A stretch of 64,000 nucleotides of DNA, from NCBI RefSeq assembly GCF_013822155.1, contig NZ_PNJW01000006.1, forward strand, positions 3,554-67,553, in the 5' to 3' direction. The translations under genes and the position numbers were made by a program. Position 1 is the first letter of the stretch; every line of letters starts with the position of its first letter. Source of the stretch: Flavobacterium sp. Its GTDB lineage: Bacteria; Bacteroidota; Bacteroidia; Flavobacteriales; Flavobacteriaceae. Shown one piece after another: positions 9,165 through 17,105 of the stretch. A model generated the notes under the pieces. It was not told the origin of the DNA, ran no database searches, and saw nothing but the letters and a program-made list of their open reading frames with translations.

Positions 9165-10529
9165 TCACTCTTCCTCTAATTCTTCTCCGGCTCTTTTAAG
9201 AATATTTTCAGGCAGTACTTTTTTAGCCTTAGCACCCATTTTTCGTAATCGTTCGACACTTCCTACCAAATTTCCTTTTCCTTCTACTAATTTACCCATG
9301 GCATTACCATATTCCACTTTTGCTTCGTCCATTTTTTTACCAATCTTAACCAAATCAGTAACAAATCCTTCAAATTTATCATACAATGCTCCGGCTTGAC
9401 GAGCAATCTCTAAGGCATTTTCCTGTTGTTTTTGGTTGGTCCACATACTGTCAATTGTTCGCAATGTAGCTAGTAATGTTGTAGGTGTAACGATAATAAT
9501 ATTACGTTCAAAAGCTTTGTTGTACAACGAATTATCTTCATTCAACGCTATTGCAAAAGCAGATTCGATTGGAATGAACAGTAACACAAAATCAGGACTT
9601 TCCATTTGGTACAAATCATGGTAATTCTTATCACTCAATTGCTCCACATGGCGTTTAATGGAGTTGATATGTTCCTTTAAAAAGGTGCTTTTTCGCAAAT
9701 CATCTTCCTCATTGGCATAACGTTCATAGGCCGTAAGTGAAACTTTCGAATCGACAATCATTTTCTTTCCGTCAGGCAAATTAATCACCACATCGGGAAA
9801 AACACGATTGCCTTCCTCCGTTGTAAAACTTTGTTGTACTTCATATTCCCTTCCTTTTTCTAAACCGGATTTTTCCAAAACGCGTTCTAAAATCAATTCG
9901 CCCCAATTTCCTTGCATTTTACTGTCTCCTTTTAAGGCTTTAGTCAAGTTTAAGGTTTCCTTACTCATTTGCTCATTCATTTCTTTCAACCCAACAATCT
10001 GTTGACGCAAAGCCGCGTGATAATCAATACTTTCCTTGTGGGTATCTTCAACTTTCTTTTCAAAATGCTGAATTTTTTCCTGTAAAGGCGACAATATATT
10101 TTTAAGATTTTCTTTGTTTTGCTCGGTAAATTTTACTGTCTTTTCTTCGAGTATTTTGTTAGCTAAGTTTTCAAATTCTTTGGTGAATTTTTCCTGTAAT
10201 TCTTCTACTTCTTGCTTTTGCTCTTTATTGCGTTGCCACAAATTTTCAAAATCAGCTTCTTTTTTGGTGAGCTGTAAGGAGAAAGAATCCTTCTCACGTC
10301 TAATTTCTTCTTTTTCCTTCTTTTCGTTTTCTATTTGTTTTAGAAATTGATTTTGCTCTTCCTGAAAACGATTTTTTGATTGATCTAATTGAATTAAAAG
10401 TCCATTTATTCGTTCATCCAAAGCTGATTTTTCAGATTTCGATTGTGCTGTAGAAAGCATTTTACCAATAAATATTCCAATAGATAAAGCAAGCACGAAG
10501 GTTAGTAGAAGAAGAAAAGAAGTTGTCAT
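9165..10529 (-). CDS. rmuC: DNA recombination protein RmuC
   Basis: N-terminal TM helix and a long coiled coil, then a conserved C-terminal nuclease-like region ('PDVVI.LPDGK..VVDSK', 'FVLLFIP.E'). 454 aa. Confidence 0.85.
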   Translation of the reverse strand: MTTSFLLLLTFVLALSIGIFIGKMLSTAQSKSEKSALDERINGLLIQLDQSKNRFQEEQNQFLKQIENEKKEKEEIRREKDSFSLQLTKKEADFENLWQRNKEQKQEVEELQEKFTKEFENLANKILEEKTVKFTEQNKENLKNILSPLQEKIQHFEKKVEDTHKESIDYHAALRQQIVGLKEMNEQMSKETLNLTKALKGDSKMQGNWGELILERVLEKSGLEKGREYEVQQSFTTEEGNRVFPDVVINLPDGKKMIVDSKVSLTAYERYANEEDDLRKSTFLKEHINSIKRHVEQLSDKNYHDLYQMESPDFVLLFIPIESAFAIALNEDNSLYNKAFERNIIIVTPTTLLATLRTIDSMWTNQKQQENALEIARQAGALYDKFEGFVTDLVKIGKKMDEAKVEYGNAMGKLVEGKGNLVGSVERLRKMGAKAKKVLPENILKRAGEELEEE

Positions 10530-10595
10530 ATATTCTATTTTTGAAGAAAGTAAAAATAGAAAATAGAAATGGATTTTTAAACTTAAAAGATAAGT

Positions 10596-11366
10596 TTATC
10601 GAATAATAAATTTTCCTTTTTCTGAATCAAAAAGAATATTTTCACTAGAAAATAAATTGGAAAATGTACCGTCTAAAATTAAATTGCAAGGCTGATTTTG
10701 TAACACTTTTTCTTTAGTCATTACAATCATTTCATCACTTAATTGTATTGCTAAATCAATGTCATGCGTAGAAAACAGAATGCATTTTTGCGTTTCAACC
10801 GTTAGTTTTTTTAACAATTTAAACAATGAAACTTTGTGTAATAAATCCAAATGGGTAGCCGGTTCATCTAAAACAATCAACGGTGTGTCCTGAGCAAGAG
10901 CTCGTGCAATTAAAACTTTTTGCAATTGTCCGTCACTGATCTCATAATATTTTTGATGAATTAAATGACCGATTTCGGTCAGACTAATTGCATTTTCAAT
11001 TTGAATTTTATCTTCTTCTGTTAATTTTCCTAGCCAATTCGTATAGGGTTGTCTTCCCAAAGCAATCAATTCATATACCGTTAAATTACTAGGCGGCAAT
11101 TTTTCGGTTAACACGACACTAATTTGTTGAGCTAAAGCCAAAGGTTCAAACGATTCAATTGGTTTTTCGTTCAATAAAACTGTGCCGGAAAGTGATTTTT
11201 GAATACCGGTTAATGTTCGCAACAACGTTGATTTTCCAATACCGTTTGCACCTACCAAGCCAATTAATTTTCCTTGTTCCAACTGAATAGAAACATCCGA
11301 GGCAATCACTTTTGTTTGAGCTTTTGAAGAGTAGCCGATGGAGAGATGTTGGGTTTGGAGAATCAT
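10596..11366 (-). CDS. ABC transporter ATP-binding protein (FecE/BtuD type, cobalamin/iron-complex)
   Basis: Walker A 'GANGIGKST', signature 'ISDGQLQ', Walker B 'LIVLDEP'. Operon with a FecCD permease and a cluster-A binding protein. Confidence 0.85.
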   Translation of the reverse strand: MILQTQHLSIGYSSKAQTKVIASDVSIQLEQGKLIGLVGANGIGKSTLLRTLTGIQKSLSGTVLLNEKPIESFEPLALAQQISVVLTEKLPPSNLTVYELIALGRQPYTNWLGKLTEEDKIQIENAISLTEIGHLIHQKYYEISDGQLQKVLIARALAQDTPLIVLDEPATHLDLLHKVSLFKLLKKLTVETQKCILFSTHDIDLAIQLSDEMIVMTKEKVLQNQPCNLILDGTFSNLFSSENILFDSEKGKFIIR

Positions 11367-11413
11367 TTTTTTAAGGTGCTAAGTTTCTGAGGCACTAAGG
11401 TACTAAGGTTTTT

Positions 11414-12427
11414 TTAAATCATTATTTTTCGTTTCCGAACTAATAGCCAAACCACAACCGGAGCTCCAACCATCGAAGTGATAGCGTTGATGGGTAACGT
11501 ATAATCACTTCCGGGAAGTTGGGCGATACTATCGCAGACCAACATTAATATAGCTCCCAATAAAAGCGTACTCCAAAATAAAATAAAATGATTACTGGTT
11601 TGAAATAACAACTTTGCCAAATGAGGAACTGCCAAACCTACAAATGCAATAGGTCCGGCAAAAGCGGTGATGCTTCCCGCCAAAATACTGGTAGCAAAAA
11701 TGATGATGAATCGCGTTCGTTTAAAATTCAAACCTAAACTTTTAGCGTAGTTTTCACCTAATAATAATGCATTCAAGGGTTTGATGCTCAAAACACTCAA
11801 CAACAATCCGAAAGTACAGCAAATGACTAAAATTAGTACGGAATTCCAAGACAAATTAGCCAAACTTCCCATGGACCAAAAAGTGAATTTTTGCAATTCC
11901 TGTGCAGTGCTGAAATAACTCAACACACTTACGATGGCACTTGTGAAACTGCCAAACATGAGTCCAACAATCAGAATAGCCATGGTATCCCTTAATTTCT
12001 GTGACACCACCAAAACAGCCATTAAAACTAAAAAACTACCTAAGGAAGATGCGATGACAATCCCGTAATCAGAAACTAAAAAAGTAGGTAAAAAACCGGC
12101 TCCCATAATTACAAAAGCAACTCCTAAACTGGAACCCGAACTTAATCCCAACACATACGGACCAGCCAATGGATTTCTGAATAGCGTTTGCATCAACAAA
12201 CCGGAAATAGACAATCCCATTCCAACAAAAATGGCAGTTATGGCTTTTGGCAAACGAAAATTCCAAAGAATAATTTCCCAAGAGCTTTTGATTTCATTGC
12301 CAACTACTGAATCCAAAATCGCATCGGTTGGAATGGAAACCGAACCCAAACTAAGGTTCAGGAGAAACATTCCGATTAAAGCGAAACTTAAAAACAAGAA
12401 GAGTATTTTATTTTTTTGAGAAAACAC
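11414..12427 (-). CDS. FecCD/BtuC-family ABC permease
   Basis: About 10 TM segments. Conserved 'RNPLAGPYVLGLSSGSSLG' and 'IAFVGLAVPH' motifs of the FecCD family. Confidence 0.85.
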   Translation of the reverse strand: MFSQKNKILFLFLSFALIGMFLLNLSLGSVSIPTDAILDSVVGNEIKSSWEIILWNFRLPKAITAIFVGMGLSISGLLMQTLFRNPLAGPYVLGLSSGSSLGVAFVIMGAGFLPTFLVSDYGIVIASSLGSFLVLMAVLVVSQKLRDTMAILIVGLMFGSFTSAIVSVLSYFSTAQELQKFTFWSMGSLANLSWNSVLILVICCTFGLLLSVLSIKPLNALLLGENYAKSLGLNFKRTRFIIIFATSILAGSITAFAGPIAFVGLAVPHLAKLLFQTSNHFILFWSTLLLGAILMLVCDSIAQLPGSDYTLPINAITSMVGAPVVVWLLVRKRKIMI

Positions 12428-12509
12428 TGATTTAAACCATTAAGAAATTAAGGGACATTAAGTGAGGTGTAAATATACTAAGACTATCATTAAAAATATG
12501 ATAAATAAA

Positions 12510-13640
12510 CTATTTCAACTTTTCGAAAAAGTACAATTCATACTCCGGCAGTAATTCCGGATGGAGAATTTTAATTAAATCTTTCAACACTAAGTCCGGT
12601 CGACTGGAAGCTAATTCATAATAAATGACACCGCCAGTTTTACCTTTTTTGGAACTGAAAGAATAGACATTTCTATTTTGAACCGCTTTGAAATATTGAT
12701 AGTTTGGATTTGCTTTTTCAATTTGTTCAAAGGATGTAAACTGTCCGGGACCAATCCAAAAATCAGCTTTTTCAGCTTTTTCTAAAACCGTTTCAAAAGA
12801 CAAAGACAAACTTCCGGTTCCTTCGGAAGCTGCCCAAAGATAATTCCCATGAGCATTTTCTAGAAATTGAGCCGCCCAACTTTTCCCTTGAGGCAAATAC
12901 CATTGATCCTGATAAATCGCACCACTGAAAATGGTTGGTTTTGAATGGGCTTTTTGAGCTAATTCAACAGCTTCCAAATAGTCTTTTTCAATGGTTTTGA
13001 AAACCAAATTTGCTTTTTCTTCCATACCGAATAAAACACCAAAAAGTTGAATCCATTCGGCTCGACCCAACGGATGTTGCTCGGTCCAATCGCCATTGTA
13101 TAAAATTTTCAAGCCGTTTTGTTGTAATTGATCATAGGTTTTCTTTTCACCATCAACACCAAAACCAATGATAACATCGGGTTGCATATCCAATAAAACT
13201 TCATTATTTAGACTTTGATTCGTTCCAATTTCACGTACTTTTTTCGCATCAATCAAAGCTCTGGTTTTTTGGGAAGAAACATAATCGGTATTTGGAAAAC
13301 CAACCAACGATTTTTCAACACCTAATAATTCCAATGCCGGAATATGAGTAGTGGACGTAACTACAATTGATTGTATAGGAACTTGAATTTTTGTGAACTT
13401 TTGCAAACTATCCGGAAGTACAACTCCTTTTTGATGTAAAATATAGGTATAATTTTTTTTCGCCGTTGGCCACGGATTGGAAACCGTTACAACCGAATAC
13501 TGATTAAACTTTTGAATGGAAAGTCCGCTAGCATATCGAATACTGTTTTTAGAAGAAATAATAACAGTTTTCTTTACTTTCGTGTTTTGACAAGCAAATA
13601 AACAGAACATAAAAAGAAGTGCAAGCAAACGAATTTTCAT
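12510..13640 (-). CDS. Periplasmic binding lipoprotein of the cobalamin/iron-siderophore (BtuF-like) class
   Basis: Lipobox 'CLFACQNTK' with no acidic tail. PBP type-2 pattern ('IVV.STTH...LG....VG', 'PDVIIGFG'). First gene of the F-C-D operon. Confidence 0.75.
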   Translation of the reverse strand: MKIRLLALLFMFCLFACQNTKVKKTVIISSKNSIRYASGLSIQKFNQYSVVTVSNPWPTAKKNYTYILHQKGVVLPDSLQKFTKIQVPIQSIVVTSTTHIPALELLGVEKSLVGFPNTDYVSSQKTRALIDAKKVREIGTNQSLNNEVLLDMQPDVIIGFGVDGEKKTYDQLQQNGLKILYNGDWTEQHPLGRAEWIQLFGVLFGMEEKANLVFKTIEKDYLEAVELAQKAHSKPTIFSGAIYQDQWYLPQGKSWAAQFLENAHGNYLWAASEGTGSLSLSFETVLEKAEKADFWIGPGQFTSFEQIEKANPNYQYFKAVQNRNVYSFSSKKGKTGGVIYYELASSRPDLVLKDLIKILHPELLPEYELYFFEKLK

Positions 13641-13727
13641 TAGATATTTTTTTTTACAAATGTAGTTGTTTCTAACAAATGTTATAGTGAATATATAATT
13701 GCATTCTAAATTTGGCGAAAATAAACC

Positions 13728-13838
13728 ATGAGAGATTCTAATACATTCATGTACATCGTTGGCGGAATCATTCTACTTCACTTTATAGTAGGATTCGTTT
13801 GGCTGGTGATAAAAATGTCAAATAAGAAAGAGAAATAA
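13728..13838 (+). CDS. Possible 36-aa single-TM micro-protein (MRDSNTFMYIVGGIILLHFIVGFVWLVIKMSNKKEK)
   Basis: Hand-translated ORF below the 60-aa cutoff of the ORF track. One hydrophobic helix plus a basic tail. Lies between btuF and the riboswitch promoter. No other support. Confidence 0.2.
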   Translation: MRDSNTFMYIVGGIILLHFIVGFVWLVIKMSNKKEK

Positions 13839-13871
13839 GTCCATTTTTAAATTTCGAAACCAAAAATCCAC

Positions 13872-13879
13872 TACTTTTG
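13872..13879 (+). promoter_or_regulatory. Candidate -7 box (TACTTTTG) driving the riboswitch-btuB transcript
   Basis: Exact TAnnTTTG match immediately upstream of the riboswitch. Confidence 0.45.
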
Positions 13880-13885
13880 CACACG

Positions 13886-14126
13886 TATTTAGGTTGCACT
13901 GTTGATTTTTTCAGCAGGACATTAAAAGGGAATCAGGTGAAAGAACGTGTTCAGCAGATAGTTTTCAGAATTCAGAAAACTAACTCCAATAACTTCTAAA
14001 ATCCTGAGCTGTACCCGCAACTGTGAGCTATCAAGCTTGTTGTTACACTTTTTATACCACTGTTCGCCGCGGCGAACGGGAAGGTTCAACAACAAGACGC
14101 AAGCCAGGAGACCTGCCAAGTACATA
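13886..14126 (+). promoter_or_regulatory. Cobalamin (B12) riboswitch
   Basis: Conserved core elements in the canonical order: AAAAGGGAA (13924-13932), GGTGAAA (13936-13942), CCCGCAACTGT (14014-14024), CCACTG (14057-14062), GGGAAGG (14078-14084). B12 box AGCCAGGAGACCTGCC at 14102-14117. Located upstream of a TonB-dependent receptor. Confidence 0.85.
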
Positions 14127-14135
14127 ACAACTATC

Positions 14136-14157
14136 AAACCTTCGGGAAGAAAGGTTT
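14136..14157 (+). promoter_or_regulatory. Riboswitch expression-platform hairpin
   Basis: aaacctt (14136-14142) pairs with aaggttt (14151-14157), ending 9 nt before the ATG. The 5' arm AACCTT is also complementary to AAGGTT at 14081-14086 inside the aptamer core, giving mutually exclusive pairings. Confidence 0.45.
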
Positions 14158-14165
14158 TGAAAATT

Positions 14166-15995
14166 ATGACTTGGAAAAATCTATATTGCTGGCTGGCTTT
14201 TTTACTGTACTCATTTAGTTGGGGACAGAATGATTCAATTATTCGATTAAACGAAGTAATTGTCTCAGATTCTCAATTAAAAAACTTTTCGAAATCGCAA
14301 ACTGTTACTATTTTAAACGACAGTATTTTAAACAAAAATCAAGGTTCGCTAACATCCCTTTTATCGACAAACTCCACTATCTATTTTAAAGAAAATGGAG
14401 CCGGAATGGTTTCTTCTGCCTCATTTAGAGGAACCACAGCTCAACAAACGGCTGTGATTTGGAATGGCATCAATATCAATTCACAATTAAACGGGCAAAC
14501 CGATTTCAATACTATTAATCCAACCGATTTCACAAATATTAGCATCAGAACCGGCGGAGGAAGTGTGATTTACGGCAGTGGTGCCATTGGCGGTAGCATT
14601 CATTTGAATTCTGAATTAAAGTTTAATACGGCAACCTCTCACCTTTTCCGACTGAATTATGGGAGTTTCGAAACTTATGGTGGTAATTATCAATTAGAAA
14701 TTGGAACAGAAAAATGGGCTGTTCAAGCCAGTATTTCGTCGAATAGTTCCGAAAATGACTATGAATACATTGTTTACGATAAAAAGAATGAAAATGGAGA
14801 ATTTGCCAACCAGAGCTATAATTTTAGTATTGGGCACAAAATAAACGATGCAAATTTCATTAAATTTTACAGTTATTTATTTAATGGAGAACGGCATTTT
14901 TCGGGTACGATAACGGTAAATTCGGATGACAAATATGTAGATTTCAATACCCGAAATATGTTAGAATGGATACTTTTCAAGAATAAGTATTCCTCAAAAG
15001 TAAAAGCAGCCTATATAACCGAAGAATATAAATACTATGAAAATAGAAATTCGGACTCGTATACTTTTGGTCAAGTAAATAGCCTGTTTTTAAAGCATGA
15101 TTTTTTGTATTCAATATCGGAATCCATTACAATCAATACACTTTTAGATGTTACACAAAGTGATGCAAAAGGAAGTGATTTGCTCACCGAAACCCGAACA
15201 ATTGGAACCGGCAGCATCCTTTGGAAACACAAACTTTCGAGCAAATTAGATTATGAATTGGGCATTCGACAAGAGGTGACCGACACGTATGAGAGTCCAC
15301 TTTTATTCTCAGCAGGAACTTCATTTGCTTTAACCGATTTTTATACAATCAAAGCCAATCTTTCCAAAAACTTCCGAATTCCAACATTCAATGATTTGTA
15401 TTGGCAAGGCAGCGGAAACCCCGAATTAAATCCCGAACATTCACTTCAAGGTGAAATAGGAAATGAATTCAATTACAAAAGTTCCAAGTTTGTGCTCACC
15501 GGTTTCCTAATCCAATTAAAAGACATGATTCGTTGGATTCCCAATTCAGGCGGACTATGGCAACCTGAAAACACGCAAAATGTGACGAATTATGGACTAG
15601 AAGCACAGTTTGAAACCAAAAAATCAATTGATAAGCATTTGTTTTCATTCTCAACTAGCTATGGATACACGGTTTCGGAAAACAATGAAACCGAGAAACA
15701 ACTCACCTATGTCCCCAATCATAAAGCAAATGCGAATCTGGCCTATAATTATAAAAGTTTTACAACTTATTACCAATGGATGTATACCGGAGAAGTGTTT
15801 ACCTCGTCTGACAACTTTTACAAGCTTGACGATTTTACACTTTCAAACATTGGAATCGACTACAATTTTGGTAAAAAAAAGACCTGTTTACTGGGGTTTC
15901 AAGTATTGAATCTAACGAACGAAAACTATCAAAATGTACTTTCCCGACCTATGCCGGGACGAAATTTTAAACTGTACCTAACCTTAAATTTATAA
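14166..15995 (+). CDS. btuB: TonB-dependent outer-membrane receptor, BtuB-like (cobalamin)
   Basis: Start moved to 'MTWKNLYCWLAFLL' because the 14037 start of the ORF track lies inside the riboswitch. Plug-domain motifs ('SLLS....I...NGAG..SS.SFRG', 'NGININ'). Beta-barrel ends in '...FKLYLTLNL'. Riboswitch directly upstream. Confidence 0.8.
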   Translation: MTWKNLYCWLAFLLYSFSWGQNDSIIRLNEVIVSDSQLKNFSKSQTVTILNDSILNKNQGSLTSLLSTNSTIYFKENGAGMVSSASFRGTTAQQTAVIWNGININSQLNGQTDFNTINPTDFTNISIRTGGGSVIYGSGAIGGSIHLNSELKFNTATSHLFRLNYGSFETYGGNYQLEIGTEKWAVQASISSNSSENDYEYIVYDKKNENGEFANQSYNFSIGHKINDANFIKFYSYLFNGERHFSGTITVNSDDKYVDFNTRNMLEWILFKNKYSSKVKAAYITEEYKYYENRNSDSYTFGQVNSLFLKHDFLYSISESITINTLLDVTQSDAKGSDLLTETRTIGTGSILWKHKLSSKLDYELGIRQEVTDTYESPLLFSAGTSFALTDFYTIKANLSKNFRIPTFNDLYWQGSGNPELNPEHSLQGEIGNEFNYKSSKFVLTGFLIQLKDMIRWIPNSGGLWQPENTQNVTNYGLEAQFETKKSIDKHLFSFSTSYGYTVSENNETEKQLTYVPNHKANANLAYNYKSFTTYYQWMYTGEVFTSSDNFYKLDDFTLSNIGIDYNFGKKKTCLLGFQVLNLTNENYQNVLSRPMPGRNFKLYLTLNL

Positions 15996-17062
15996 TGATG
16001 AAATTAAAGAAAATTGGAATTCTATTTATTTTTAGCGGATTGTTCTTAGCCTCCTGTACAAACGATGATGATGTATCAGCACCATTGGGAGCTTATGATA
16101 ATGGCGTACTCATCCTAAATCAAGGTAATTTTGGTGGTGGGAACAGTTCGATATCCTTTTGGTCGAATGATTTTTCAACTTTTGAATTCAATGCTTTTGG
16201 TTCAGTTAATCCTTCCGTTCCATTGGGTGATACCGCACAAGATTTGGGTTTTTATGGCGACAAGGCTTATATCGTTGTAAATCTTTCAAATACCATTCAA
16301 GTAGTGAATCGATACACTTTAGAACATTTGACAACTATTATCACAGGATTATCAAATCCGAGGTACATTGCTTTTTCAAATGGCAATGCCTATGTGACCA
16401 ATTGGGGTGATGCCGAAAACGATGAGGACGATTATATTGCTGTGGTAAATCTAACTACAAATACTGTTACTACAACAATTCCAGTAGCTGAAGGACCGGA
16501 ACGTATTTTGGAATACAACAACAAATTGTATGTTGCCCATATGGGTGGTTACAATTTTGGAAATACTATTTCAGTCATTCAAACCGGTTCAAATGCTGTA
16601 ACTTCAATAGAAGTTGGTGATGTTCCAAATTCAATGGTTTTGGTAAACAATGACTTATATGTGCTTTGTGGCGGAAAACCTTCTTGGGCTGAACCTGAAA
16701 CCTCCGGTTCGCTTGTTAAAATAAACCTTTCCACAAATACTGTTACTGCTGCTTTACCTTTTTTACTTGGAAATCATCCTTCAAATTTAATTTTTCATGA
16801 TAATAAATTTTATTATACGGTAGATTCAAATGTGTTTTCCAAAACAATTGAAGTAAATACAATTCCTTCTACTCCAATTTTTAGCACAACTCAACAAGGC
16901 GTTTATGGGGTTTACAGTTTTGCAATTGCCAACAATAAAATATATGTAGGCGATGCTGCCGATTATAACTCAAATGGAAAAGTATATATTTATTCTTTAA
17001 CCGGAACGTTGGAAAACCAAGAAACAGTCGGTGTCATTCCGGGAGGATTTTACTTTAATTAG
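15995..17062 (+). CDS. Surface lipoprotein, YncE/DUF5074-like beta-propeller. Candidate BtuG-type B12-capturing protein
   Basis: ATG overlaps the btuB stop by 1 nt. Lipobox plus acidic tail 'LASCTNDDD'. Repeated ~45-aa blade-like units ('...YV.N....V.VI...T'). Position directly downstream of btuB mirrors Bacteroides btuB-btuG. Confidence 0.5.
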   Translation: MMKLKKIGILFIFSGLFLASCTNDDDVSAPLGAYDNGVLILNQGNFGGGNSSISFWSNDFSTFEFNAFGSVNPSVPLGDTAQDLGFYGDKAYIVVNLSNTIQVVNRYTLEHLTTIITGLSNPRYIAFSNGNAYVTNWGDAENDEDDYIAVVNLTTNTVTTTIPVAEGPERILEYNNKLYVAHMGGYNFGNTISVIQTGSNAVTSIEVGDVPNSMVLVNNDLYVLCGGKPSWAEPETSGSLVKINLSTNTVTAALPFLLGNHPSNLIFHDNKFYYTVDSNVFSKTIEVNTIPSTPIFSTTQQGVYGVYSFAIANNKIYVGDAADYNSNGKVYIYSLTGTLENQETVGVIPGGFYFN

Positions 17063-17065
17063 TAT

Positions 17066-17105
17066 AAAAAAAAGAGGATGTTCGTTTTAATATCCTCTTT
17101 TTTTA
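17066..17105. terminator. Bidirectional terminator between convergent genes
   Basis: agaggat (17073-17079) pairs with atcctct (17092-17098), flanked by A and T runs. Confidence 0.6.

Noticed and set aside
14037-14165. N-terminal extension of the btuB ORF (start at 14037), plus the 71-aa minus-strand ORF at 13922-14137
   Set aside because: Both lie within the cobalamin riboswitch, including the B12 box. The receptor's signal peptide begins at the ATG at 14166.
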